This document shows positions 37,801-50,427 of a stretch of DNA of 64,000 nt, one piece after another. Positions within the stretch are counted from its first letter, which is position 1, and each line of letters begins with the position of its first letter. The notes beneath the pieces are model-generated. The model was given only the letters and a program-made list of their open reading frames with translations, was not told where the DNA came from and searched no databases. The stretch is from assembly GCF_001194135.2 (NCBI RefSeq), contig NC_068994.1, positions 28,856,399-28,920,398 of the forward strand, read 5' to 3'. The position numbers were made by a program, and so were the translations under genes. This stretch comes from Octopus bimaculoides (Eukaryota).

Positions 37801-39853
37801 ACACAGTAACAGCAGCAGAACCAACACCACCACCACCATTTTCTGTGGCTGGATTGTTGCAGTGTACAGCAACATCTATTCAGTAGTTTGAGTGAATAGT
37901 TACCCATAGGAACCATTCAGCTTCATGCGCTTGGTCCATCAAGAGTGTCCCCTCTCATCTTCTGTATGTACTGGTTATAGAGCCACTACTGTGGAAATTG
38001 GAGGCATCAAGTGGAATCCCACACAAACAGATTTCTTAAACTGATATCTTCCAGTTTAAGAACTCCTTAACTAAGTTATTTACAATTACATGTTCTACAA
38101 AAAAAAAAAAAACCCAATACATACCAATATGTACAGGCATAATTGTATGATGAAAATGTTCACTTTGCTACCATGTGACTTTGGTGCAGACTCACTGCAT
38201 GGCACTTGGGTCAAATGTCTTCTACAATAGCCCTGGGCCAACCAGTGTCTTGTGAGTGAATTTCATACACAGAAACCTTACAAAGCCTGTATGTGTGTAA
38301 ATATCAAAAAATAAATCCACAAAACTCTAATGTTGCAGTAAATCCAAATCGGACCAACTTGCATGTACAGACATAATTGGCTAAAACAACCTTTAAGAGC
38401 AATGTAACAGAAAAGCATAAATTTCACATATAGTTCATACTATAATTGTGCTCAACCCCTGTTCCATTAGGTATGGTAAACATTAAGATAAACATGTGTA
38501 TAATTACATAATTGTGAAAAGTAATTAATTTGAATTAATTATGTACCACATATATGTAATTATATTCAATGATGTCTGTTAATGAAACATCTGTTATGAA
38601 ATATGAACTATATGGGAAATTTATCTTGTGCGTGTGTGTACAGGTATGTGTGTTTGTGTAAATGTTTATGTTATTTCTCAAAGGAAAACTGTTGAAGTTG
38701 GAAGTTTTCATGTCAAGGAATTATCCAGTAGCTCAGCACTTTCAAACAGACAAAAGAAATGAAAAATCCCTCACTTGTAAAAACTGATAAGGGTTATTGT
38801 CAGGAAGAACATCATCCTGTAAAATTCTCCTGTAAAAATGATCTCTCAGTAAATGTATTATCATATCCCATGCTAGTATAGGAAAACAGACATAAACTGA
38901 ACTAACAAACGAATATATGAATGGATTTGAAATCAGCAACTTTGAACTGCTGGTCTTTGTAACTATATCTAATTGACCATTTCATGTTAGAGTGTAATGC
39001 AGCATTTTTCTTGTTTTAACTGCCCTCAGCCATCTACACCCTCTAGATTCTCTGATTTCTTTGAACAAGTTTTCTCACATATTAGATGTTTGGTGTTGGT
39101 TGCTAGCCTCTCTCTCTCTCTTTGCATATAAATATCTTTACTTGTTTCAGTCATTAGACTGTGGCCATGCTGGGGCACCACCTTGAAGATTTTTAGTCAA
39201 ATGAATTGACCACAGTACTTATTTTTTTAAAGCCTAGTATTGAAAGAAGTGTATTGACTGCATTGCTATCTTGGAAAATAAAACCTCATTTGATTACATT
39301 CCATGAGAGTATCTTGGTTAGCCTATGAACTTTTTAACCAACCCTCATACATACATATTCAGTCTAATGAACAGGAATTTGAAATTTGAATAACTTGATA
39401 CTGAAATGCCACTTGTGATAACCATAAATAACTCTCAACATCTCACCTGTACCTACATACACTGTATATGTATATATACATATATATCATCATTTAATGT
39501 CCACTTTTCCATGCATGGATCAGATTGGATTTGTTGAAGCAGATCTCTTATGGCCAGATGCCCTTCCTGTTGCCATATTTCACCAGTTTACAAACAAGAT
39601 AATATTTCTCCTTGGAAGAATGATAATGAGCAACATTGCTTGTATGATAGTGATACGTTGATGTCAGAACGAGTGCACACACATATGATGAGCTTCTTTT
39701 ACTTTCTGTCTACAAAATCCACTCACAAAGTTTTGGTCATCTTCAGGCTATTGTAGAAGACACTTATCCAACCTGCTGCTCAGTGGTACTGAACTCAAGA
39801 TTATTTGACTGGGAAGTAAGCTTCTTAATCATGCAGCCACATCTGAGCCTACA

Positions 39854-39885
<32 letters not shown>

Positions 39886-41209
39886 AGTGTATGTTACATG
39901 AGTTTTAGTGTGCCTAAATGTGTTTTTGTAAGGTCAGGACTGAGGAAAACAGAGTCAGTGCAATCTTAGTTGCCAACAGTTCATACCAAAGAATTTCCCA
40001 GTAAAATGGCTAAAAATAGCATAAACAGAGTATTTTTGTGGTATGCACTGATATGACCTGCAGTATTTAGCAGAAAGGTGTCTGGCTGTGAAGGAATCAC
40101 ATCTTGGAAATTTTTTTTAGATATTCAATTCAGAAATNNNNNNNNNNNNNNNNNNNNNNNNNNNNNNNNNNNNNNNNNNNNNNNNNNNNNNNNNNNNNNN
40201 NNNNNNNNNNNNNNNNNNNNNNNNNNNNNNNNNNNNNNNNNNNNNNNNNNNNNNNNNNNNNNNNNNNNNNNNNNNNNNNNNNNNNNNNNNNNNNNNNNNN
40301 NNNNNNNNNNNNNNNNNNNNNNNNNNNNNNNNNNNNNNNNNNNNNNNNNNNNNNNNNNNNNNNNNNNNNNNNNNNNNNNNNNNNNNNNNNNNNNNNNNNN
40401 NNNNNNNNNNNNNNNNNNNNNNNNNNNNNNNNNNNNNNNNNNNNNNNNNNNNNNNNNNNNNNNNNNNNNNNNNNNNNNNNNNNNNNNNNNNNNNNNNNNN
40501 NNNNNNNNNNNNNNNNNNNNNNNNNNNNNNNNNNNNNNNNNNNNNNNNNNNNNNNNNNNNNNNNNNNNNNNNNNNNNNNNNNNNNNNNNNNNNNNNNNNN
40601 NNNNNNNNNNNNNNNNNNNNNNNNNNNNNNNNNNNNNNNNNNNNNNNNNNNNNNNNNNNNNNNNNNNNNNNNNNNNNNNNNNNNNNNNNNNNNNNNNNNN
40701 NNNNNNNNNNNNNNNNNNNNNNNNNNNNNNNNNNNNNNNNNNNNNNNNNNNNNNNNNNNNNNNNNNNNNNNNNNNNNNNNNNNNNNNNNNNNNNNNNNNN
40801 NNNNNNNNNNNNNNNNNNNNNNNNNNNNNNNNNNNNNNNNNNNNNNNNNNNNNNNNNNNNNNNNNNNNNNNNNNNNNNNNNNNNNNNNNNNNNNNNNNNN
40901 NNNNNNNNNNNNNNNNNNNNNNNNNNNNNNNNNNNNNNNNNNNNNNNNNNNNNNNNTTTATTTGTTTGTTCTACATTTGAAGCTGAATTTAATGCTCAGT
41001 TTGATGACTAAAAAAAATTGAAATTCTGAGTCACAGTAGTGAGAAACCTGTTTGGATGAATATATAAATTTATGTATGGAGTACTTTTGCCTCATGTTTG
41101 TTCATTCATATATCTGTACATACAGACATTATATTTATTTCCTTCATTTCTTCTATACACTAGTAGTAGTAGTACAAACACCATAACACTACACCAACAT
41201 CGGTTATTC

Positions 41210-41575
41210 TTCTTTTAACGTCTTTTACTTGTTTTCAGTCATTGCATTGCGGCCATGCTGGGGCACCATAGTGAAGAGATTAGTCAAGCAAATTGAGCTC
41301 AGTACTTATTTTCTAGATCTGTTACTTATTCCGTTGGTCTCTTTTGCTAAACCACTGTTACAAGGACATAAACCAACCCCAGTTGTGAAGCGGTGGGAAG
41401 GGACAAACATAATATCACACTCCCATATACAAGCTTCCACACTGTTTCCATTTACCAAATTCACACATTAGGCATTGACTGGCTTGGAGTTTTAGTAGAA
41501 GACACTTCCCTACAGTGCTGTGCAGGGGATTGAACCCAAAACCATCTGATAGCAAAGTGAGCTTCTTAATCACAT
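41210..41575 (-). mobile_element. SINE family B, near full length
   Basis: Same head, body and tail as the 24385-24797 copy, in reverse orientation. Confidence 0.8.
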
Positions 41576-42379
41576 AAATTGTGATGGAAACCATTTTATT
41601 ATGGAAAACATTAGTGGTTATTTAAAGTTTTAATTTTCATTTTCTTTGTTTTACATTTTGAAAATTCAAATTGGTCAAACTGAAATATTGGTTTCACATA
41701 CTGAAATTTTAAGTATAGTTGTATTGGAATTGAAAATTAAACTCAAATCAGACTAAAATTTCTTAGAAGTCTGAAATTTGATCAAATTAATATTTAATAA
41801 TTCTGAGTTAAAAAAACAAAACTTAAAACAAAATTAGTTTTAGTTATTTCTTCTCTCACTCACACATTTTTGCTTTATGAAAATTTCTCTTTCTTATTTA
41901 TTTTTTCATCAAGCTGACATTTCATATAGAAAAACCTGTAAAAACTTGAAAAGTAGACCTNNNNNNNNNNNNNNNNNNNNNNNNNNNNNNNNNNNNNNNN
42001 NNNNNNNNNNNNNNNNNNNNNNNNNNNNNNNNNNNNNNNNNNNNNNNNNNNNNNNNNNNNNNNNNNNNNNNNNNNNNNNNNNNNNNNNNNNNNNNNNNNN
42101 NNNNNNNNNNNNNNNNNNNNNNNNNNNNNNNNNNNNNNNNNNNNNNNNNNNNNNNNNNNNNNNNNNNNNNNNNNNNNNNNNNNNNNNNNNNNNNNNNNNN
42201 NNNNNNNNNNNNNNNNNNNNNNNNNNNNNNNNNNNNNNNNNNNNNNNNNNNNNNNNNNNNNNNNNNNNNNNNNNNNNNNNNNNNNNNNNNNNNNNNNNNN
42301 NNNNNNNNNNNNNNNNNNNNNNNNNNNNNNNNNNNNNNNNNNNNNNNNNNNNNNNNNNNNNNNNNNNNNNNNNNNNNNN

Positions 42380-42439
<60 letters not shown>

Positions 42440-44091
42440 GATTCAAAATAGAAATATTAATTTCTAGTTTGATATCAACTACTCTTTATTGTTGGCAGTC
42501 AACACTAAATGTGTGAATGTATTGGTGGTAAAATATTAAGAAATTAATTTTTGATTGAGTGATGAATGTAGCTGTTCAGTGAGGAAGTCTCTGAGAAAAT
42601 TCTCTGCTGCTGTGCCACCTTATCTATAATTGAGTAGTAGTAGTAGTAGTAGCTGCAGCAGCAGCAGACATTGCTGCTCCAGGTCACCTACCAGGTGCTA
42701 TGTAACTCTCCCCACTCCATATATTGTTCCTTATATACCAAATAACTCGTTAATGGTATAATGTCCAGTGGGACAGTCCGGCCATGTAGTGTTCGCTCTG
42801 TTTCTGTACATTTCTTGTTATTTATCCCAGGTTAAGCTCCTACTGAGCAGATCTGTGATCTAAGACATTCCTGTCTTGACCATCTTATCCAGGACTAAAA
42901 TGTCTAATTCATCCTTTCCTTATTTATAGCAGTAGGGTGTTATTTGAGGTAGATGTAGTTGGTATTTCTAGCAGATTGAGTCACTGTATACTTGTTGATT
43001 CTTCTGTGCACCGTAGAATCAGGTAACGGGCCAAGGTATTATCTCTGTGATATGTATTCATGTCTTGTTCTGTAGAATCTGATGGTTATCCAAGATACAC
43101 TTGGGCAGAGTATGATTTCAATGATATATATCTTGATTTCTAATAAAATTGAAAAATTATTCTGTTGCTTTTAAGAGATTGATGTTTGAGCTATTGACTA
43201 GATCTCTCCAGTGTAGCTCAACTTATTGTTGTATTGAACTAATACCTGGTTAGCTGTACTTTTGTAGGCTCATTGTAAGAAGGTTAAGACATTGACTTTA
43301 AAAAGTTCATCAACCTAGATGTACAGATATAAAACATCTGGTTTGTATGTGTGTCAGCTTGACTTAAAACTTCATTACTATATCAAGTCTTGTGATTAAC
43401 AAGTTTGCTTCACAACCACATGATTCTAAGTTCAATCCTGCTGTGCTGCATCTTCAGCAGGTTTATTTTAGCAGGCTTGGTTGTAAGTAAGAAGCATACT
43501 TCCCAACCATGTAAGATGTAAACACCTACTACATTGTTAATTAATCTCAAATATTACATTATGTATAGGTGTCATAGCTAGCTGGGTCAGCAGAGCTTCG
43601 GATGATTGGCAAAAGAATATTGTCTTATTGTTGTTATTTTTACACCTGTCACTAGCATAACACATCCAGTGGAGCATGCTTCCTTCATTTCTCTCCAACC
43701 TATTGTTATCTACTGTATTACGGATATAACCAAGTCACCTAACACTAGCTGATTCAGCACACTTTCTCACTCTGCATTCCATGTCAGTTTCTCTACTAAA
43801 TCCAAGAACTATAAGTCAAAGTAGAAGAAAGTGCCAGTGGCGTGGACCTCAACTTGCCAGGAAGTGACCCACACACTTGATTTCATGACCTTCCTCTGTG
43901 GCATACATAGAATGAAACATGCAGGATTCAGTTATGAAACTGCAACAGACTGCCGCTAACCTGGTTATAGTTCTGAGTGGCACCTTCTGTAGCATGTCTG
44001 TCGTGCGTAGCCCTCTTCATCTGTTCATTCAGCCGTTGAAATTTGTTGTAATCATCATCCACTTCTTCCATTGTTTGTTATCTACAGCATA

Positions 44092-45777
44092 CTGTGGGGG
44101 TCAAAAGTGTTTGCAAATTGTATATATTGATAAATTTATGCTTCAATATTTTCCAATATAATAACTATGTTACTCATTGTTCGATATGCAAATATATAAA
44201 GTAAATTCCTAGAGACGGAAACCAAATAATCATATTCTGGGGGGAAAATATGGATTTTTAAAAAATTTCAGGAAGAAATATGGGCCAAAAGAGTTTGCAA
44301 GACTCATTTATTCGAAATAAATAACATTTTTAAACATAATATAATTTGAAACATTGTGTCATTATGATAATAGTACCATATATTGATAACATATTACAAG
44401 AAAACAACAGTTATTGCTCAAATAACAATTAACAAAACAATACAAATTTATAAAACAATTTAACCCTTTATACACTTTCCTCCATTCTTANNNNNNNNNN
44501 NNNNNNNNNNNNNNNNNNNNNNNNNNNNNNNNNNNNNNNNNNNNNNNNNNNNTGTTGAGGTGTGATTTCAGAAGATACCTCCTTGATCCTCTCCCAAATG
44601 TCTTTTTTACTGTTGAATTGATGCCCGTTTTCATAAACCTTCCTCTTCAGAATCGACCAGAGGTTCTCTATCGGATTCAAATCCAGACTCTGAGGTGGCC
44701 AGTCCATCAGACATTCACCAGAGATCCCCTGGTCTGAAAGCCAAGCTTTTGTGAACCGAGAAGCATGACTTGGGGCATTGTCTTGTTGAATAATGAGATT
44801 CTGGTTGACGGCATCATTTTGTGAATTCAACCAGGGCAATAAATTCTCTTCCAAAAACTCGCAGTAGTTCACAGAATTCATTTTGACACCTTCAGGGACA
44901 AGAAAAGGACCAACAATCTCACTTCCAATAATCCCAGCCCAAATCATCACTCCCCCTCCTCCCTGTTGACGTCTGAATCGCAAGCGTGGGCTATTNNNNN
45001 NNNNNNNNNNNNNNNNNNNNNNNNNNNNNNNNNNNNNNNNNNNNNNNNNNNNNNNNNNNNNNNNNNNNNNNNNNNNNNNNNNNNNNNNNNNNNNNNNNNN
45101 NNNNNNNNNNNNNNNNNNNNNNNNNNNNNNNNNNNNNNNNNNNNNNNNNNNNNNNNNNNNNNNNNNNNNNNNNNNNNNNNNNNNNNNNNNNNNNNNNNNN
45201 NNNNNNNNNNNNNNNNNNNNNNNNNNNNNNNNNNNNNNNNNNNNNNNNNNNNNNNNNNNNNNNNNNNNNNNNNNNNNNNNNNNNNNNNNNNNNNNNNNNN
45301 NNNNNNNNNNNNNNNNNNNNNNNNNNNNNNNNNNNNNNNNNNNNNNNNNNNNNNNNNNNNNNNNNNNNNNNNNNNNNNNNNNNNNNNNNNNNNNNNNNNN
45401 NNNNNTTTTTCTTCCATCTTTGCCGTCAATGACGAAACGTTTCACAGTTCGATGATCTCGTTTCAAAATTTTTGAAATTTCTAATGTAGACTTCTTTGCA
45501 GCAAGTAATTTAACAATTTCACCCTTCTCGCTATCTGTCAACATCTTTCCTTTAGCCATTATTAATAAATTTATGTTACCTGCATAAACTTTTGGCTCAC
45601 CTGAAAAGAGGAAAATGTTTAACAATTATTAAATTCTGGGTTTTTTCATAAAATGTAGTAATGAAAAAAAAACAATGGCAACCAGCAAATGATGGAAGAG
45701 GTGAAACTAAAAAATAAAGCAAAATTAATAAAGAAATTGAGAAAAAATAGGTCTGCAAACTCTTTTGTCCCCCACAG
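44092..45777 (-). mobile_element. Tc1/mariner-superfamily DNA transposon, DD37E (TRT-like), full length with two assembly gaps
   Basis: 24-bp TIRs ctgtgggggtcaaaagtgtttgca (44092) and ctgtgggggacaaaagagtttgca (reverse complement ending 45777), 22/24 identical, with TA on both sides (44090-91, 45778-79). Encloses a transposase ORF. Confidence 0.93.
44460..45559 (-). CDS. Tc1-like transposase (DD37E); partly hidden in N-gaps
   Basis: MAKGKMLTDSEKGEIV..RDHRTVKRFV HTH-like N-terminus; RRQQGGGGVMIWAGII; QQDNAPSH...WPPQSLDLNPIENLW with 37 residues between D and E. The likely true C-terminus is KNGGKCIKG* (stop 44462-44460), in a different frame from the ORF track. Confidence 0.88.
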
Positions 45778-46299
45778 TAGACATCTTATAATCAACCACA
45801 TACAGGAGGTGGTTAAATGTCATAGCATAACAATTGCATATGTATCCATTCCTGGTTTAACATGTTGTTAATTCAAAACAGGTGTTAGTACCAGGATTAA
45901 ATTGGAATAAATAGAAGGTTCCATGAAGTATTTTTCTTAAAAAATCAGTTGCATTTTTACAGGGATTTTTTTTTTTTAATCTATAAAAACATTTTTCAAT
46001 CAGTTCCAATAACAAACACCTGTTTGTTATTGGAACTTATGTTTCTAGAATCTTCAACAATAAAATTCTTAAACTCCTGTTTTTCTTGAGTTATGGAATT
46101 GTTGATAAGTCACTTATCAAATTCATTTGCAGTATTTGTGTGTGTGTGTTCTATTTTTCTCCCCCGCTCAATCTAGAGAAACAGTTTTAGGATCTGTAGT
46201 GTTATGTGTTGGATCTTATATTTCTTCAGATTCTTGAAGAGTATGTATGTATGTATTTTTTTTTTTTAATTCACTTTCAGAGTCTAGAAGAAAGGGCTA

Positions 46300-46570
46300 G
46301 TGGCTTTTGCAGACCAGTGCAAGTGTCTTCACAGACTCTGAGGCTAGGGAGCTTGATGCCATTAATGATCTCCTCAAACAATAGCAAGCCAACAACAGTT
46401 AGAGGGAAAGACTGAGCAGGGAGAGCATTCCAGAGGGATGACATTCTGAGGAAGATGGACAGTAGTAGTGAGTGTGGACCTAGCAGGATAGGTGGATGTA
46501 ACTAGAATGATGAGAGAAGGAGAGACAAGTAGGCTGGGAATACCTGAGTAAAGACAGCAAGAGTCCAGCA
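46300..46570 (-). mobile_element. CR1/Jockey-group LINE 3' relic
   Basis: Minus strand FLRMSSLWNALPAQSFP; same kind of terminal motif as at 35.7 kb. Confidence 0.5.
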
Positions 46571-47538
46571 TACTGTGAAACAGAAGAGTTGTACAAATTT
46601 TGTTTCTGTTATTTCACTTAACCATTAAGTATTTTTGTCAGTCCTTTGTGGATACCTGTCTGATAACTTAGCCAGAAATTCAGAGCTTTATTACTGGTTA
46701 TTTTCTGTCTCTCATATTCTGTCATATCTTGATTACTTCATGGGTTAATTTTTCCTACAATTACTTTTCAGCTATATTTGTTTTGAACATTCTCACCCAT
46801 GGGACTCCACCTATTGTCTGTACTCCTCCCTGGATATCTTCTTATTGGTGTTGCATTGCTTTTTATTTTGGTATTCTTGATAAAATTATTTTGTATTTTT
46901 ATTCCAAAAATTCTTAGAACTTTCCATAAGAATGAATAGATTCTTCACTATTTAGTGAAGATCTTGTCTCTGTTTTTATTCCAGGTATAACACCTTGATA
47001 TTTTGTATCACTCTAGTATTTGTCTGTCTGTCTCTTTATCCTTTTGTGTCTATTGACAATCTCATTAAGAATTAAAAGAGCTTTCAGTTTAATCTCCACT
47101 TTTCTGTCTATTGGTTTTTTTATGTTTAAGATTAGATTTTCTCTTATAAAAAAACTTGAGATTTAAGTGGAGGGAAGTTGGCACTCTTCTTTCTGACTAC
47201 TGCAGTTAACTACATAGATTAACTGCTATTGTGGTGAAAACTCAAGTCAGCCTTATAGACCTATGATCGAAAATATCCAAAGCTTTGACCATCCTGCTTG
47301 TTTAGGGCTGTATCATTTATCTTTTACTTGTTTCAGTCATTATGCTCGGGCAATGCCTTGAAAATTTTTAGTCAAATGCATCAGCTCCAGTACTTATTCA
47401 TTTGTTAAGTTGGTATTCTCTTTTGCCAAACTGCTAAGTTACGGAGACATAAGCACACCAGTTATCAAGTGATGGTGGTGGGGACACAGACACAAAGGCA
47501 CATACACATAGGAGGTAAGTGTATGTATATACATACAT

Positions 47539-47589
<51 letters not shown>

Positions 47590-47599
47590 NNNNNNNNNN

Positions 47600-47751
47600 G
47601 AAGTAAAAAACCCCAACTTAACCACTAATCTCACTGAAAATATGCAATGGACCAACAGAAATTGAGTAAACAATCTGCTCTTTGTTCGATTTCAGTTGGT
47701 CCGTTACATATTTTCAGTGAGATTGGTGGTTAAGTTGGAGGTTTTTACTTC
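47600..47751. repeat. Fold-back inverted repeat (about 63-bp arms, about 26-nt loop)
   Basis: gaagtaaaaaaccccaacttaaccactaatctcactgaaaatatgcaatggaccaacagaaat versus the reverse complement of 47689-47751, about 90% identical by eye; begins right at a 10-N gap. Confidence 0.8.
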
Positions 47752-47794
47752 CACTTTCTAGCAAGCTGGTGCTTCGCGTGCCTTCTAATATAAT

Positions 47795-48619
47795 TGTGAA
47801 TAAACTGACATCTCATTTTAATAGATATATTTACCAAAATTACCTAAAAATATCTTGAAATACTAAAGAGTAAATTTATTTAATAAAATTGCCATTGGCT
47901 TCAACCACAGCTTCCAGACAGCTTTGGAATCTCCTGCAACTCTTCTGAACGGTCTACTTGTTTAAGTTGGTGAATGCTGCCATAATCCTTGCCTTCAGTT
48001 CATCTATGGTGTTACAAGGAGTTTTGTTTGTCTCTCACTCAACTGTACCCCACACATAATAATCAAAGGGGTTGTGGTTTCAGAGTTAGGTGGCCAGATG
48101 TTAGGGGTGATGTGGTTCCAGAAATTGTCTGACAGCCATGACTGGGTTCTCCTGCTTGTGTGGCATAGTGCAGAGTCCTATTGCCAGACATAGGGTCTTC
48201 CAGCAGCCACCCTCTTGACTGAGGGCAGCACTCCCTCCTCCAAGTACTTGATGTAGGCCTCCATGTTGAGTTTGAGGCCATGTGGGAAGACGAATGGAGG
48301 CATAACATCGCCATCACTAGTGATCACTCCAAGCACCATGATGTTGACTGGCTGTGTACATGTCGTCAGATTGCACCGTTCTCAGATTGACACCCAAACT
48401 CTGAAATATTTATATTGGAGCTTCTGGTATGAACATCAAACAGTACAGCATATTGTTTCCAAATTTTTGGCAGAGTGAATTGCATCATGGTGCTGTTTTT
48501 CTCACAGATGGTGCCCAACTGATCCTACTATACTGCATAGTCGACAAAATCAAAAACAAACAATGTGTATGTACAAAGTAAAAATTATAAAATAGTGACA
48601 ATTTACCCATTGCACCCTG
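47795..48619 (-). mobile_element. Internally deleted, decayed mariner-like element of DD37D (maT) type
   Basis: 5' TIR CAGGGTGCAATGGGTAAA with TA at 48620-21. Minus-strand translation PVNIMVLGVITSDGDVMPPFVFPHGLKLNMEAYIKYLEEGVLP..WQ*DSALCHTSRRTQSWLSDNFWNHITPNIWPPNS/NPFDYYVWG..VEANGNFIK* with stops and a frameshift; D..D spacing about 37 after frameshift repair. Confidence 0.85.
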
Positions 48620-50383
48620 TATATACATATTTTCAGAAACAAGGGTTTCTTTCAGTTTTCATCTACCAAATCCACTCACAAAGCTTTGGTCAGTCCAAGG
48701 CTGTAGTAGAAGACACTTGCCCTAGGTGTTACACACTGGGACTGAACCCAGAACCATGTGGTTGGGAAGCAAGCTTCATACCACACAGCCACATCTACAA
48801 ATACTTTCAACACTTAGTTGAAGGGACTTTTTCTTGTTTCTTTTTTGTATTCTTTTCTTGCAAATTGCTTGACAACTTCACTCCTACTGGTGGTATGAGA
48901 AAAATCCCCCATTACATTCTGTAAAATGGTTAGCATTTGGAAGGGCATTCAGCAGTAAAACCCATGCCAATGTTGACATAGGGTCTTGTCACAGTGGCAT
49001 TGCTCACTAGATCCTGTCAAACCATCCCACCTATGCCTGATGGAGAATAGTAACTAAATGATGAGGATGACATGAGGCAACCATGTTATTTCTTGAAAGT
49101 TCTACCTTGTAGCTAGACTCCTTCATAGACTTGGCATAAATTGATTAATTTTTCCTGGTGATATTAATATCTCTGATTGTTTTCAGAATATCTATGATGG
49201 CCAAGTATTTTTTTTTTTGGTTTTTCCATTGTTGCTATTTTATCTTTAAGTTTTACAGGGAGACTGGGATCATTTGGTCCAAAAGAAGATTCCATCTTTA
49301 GATTATTCATGTATTCAAAATAAAATAACTAGCTTTAGATCTTCTTTTTAGATCTCTTCCATATTCTTCTGTTCCTGTTTTTGTGTCTGTGTGTATTGGC
49401 CTTTGTTTAGTCAATATTCTCAAAGTATGTTACTGTTTTTTTTTTTACTTCTTTTGTTTAAACTTTCAATACTTCTTTTCTAATCCTTTACATTCTCACT
49501 GTTTATCTTCTGTCTTTTTATATTTTATTTTTATTGTTTGTAATTTTTATGTCTGTTTTTGTTCATTGTTTGAGGTTTTATTGCTTGTAGTCTTTCTTTC
49601 TTTCTTTTGTAACTGTTCAGTTTTCTATGCTTGATAGCTTTTTGATTTTTAAGTATGTATTTGTTTAAATTAGCTCATTTGTTGAGATCCAGAGTTACTT
49701 CTAGGTCAAGGTTATTTTCTCTTCAGGTATTAAACATGTACAGTATGTATCATTTTCTGTGCTGGCATACGGCTGTAAAATATGCATATAGGAATGTATT
49801 TGCCTTGGTACTGTTCATGATTTATTAGTCAGATTGGCATCATTTTTATTGAATATTCCTGTATCCATTACTGTTGAAGCAATATTTTCCATAATTAGGC
49901 TATAAGATGATGTATTAAATATTGTGTGCAAAAAATTCCTAATTAATGTAAATTTCCCTCTTAGTTGAAGAAAGAAAACAGAATCTAGTAGTGGTTGTTA
50001 GCGACTGTCAAGGGAGACTCACATCCATATAAATATACAACTTGGAAACAAACAGACTTGGAGTGGAGAGGGCATGTCATTGATCCAATCAATAACAGCA
50101 AATAAAGGACTTTGACAAACCTAGCTGACTGTTTGAATGATTGAGTGATTAACAAGCAGGGTAGTTAAATGGTTAACTGTTTCACTTACAAAATAAAGAA
50201 GTGAAATATAGCCAGTGCATGTGTTTATTACTAGCAGAATGACCTTCCTGGGATACAACAAAATATGTTTCAACACACAATTTCACATCTTGCAATCCAA
50301 ATGCAGAAACAAAGAATTAATTTCTCAGATTTAATTTTCATACTCAGAGGAAAGAAAATCTGATGTTTTAAGGCAAGGGAGAT

Positions 50384-50427
50384 GACTATGGATATGTTTC
50401 AATCTGTTGAACCTCATCAGTACAGCC
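50384..50427 (-). ncRNA. Degenerate minimal hammerhead-like motif
   Basis: Minus strand ggctgta-CTGATGA-ggttcaacagatt-GAAA-cata-TC-catagtc; stem I has 6/7 pairs including two G-U; core boxes are intact. Confidence 0.5.

Noticed and set aside
40078-42467. Long ORF-track entries (300, 305, 186, 196, 174 aa)
   Set aside because: They consist almost entirely of X from N-gaps; the same applies to those at 9.6-11.4, 15.3-15.8 and 44.9-45.5 kb.
44468-44490. RMEESV* as the transposase C-terminus
   Set aside because: Frame across the N-gap is arbitrary; the alternative frame KNGGKCIKG* fits the Tc1-type C-terminal GG motif.
49100-49640. Possible L1/Tx1 endonuclease start on the minus strand (..FGPNDP..)
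   Set aside because: Too short and too low in complexity to support by eye.
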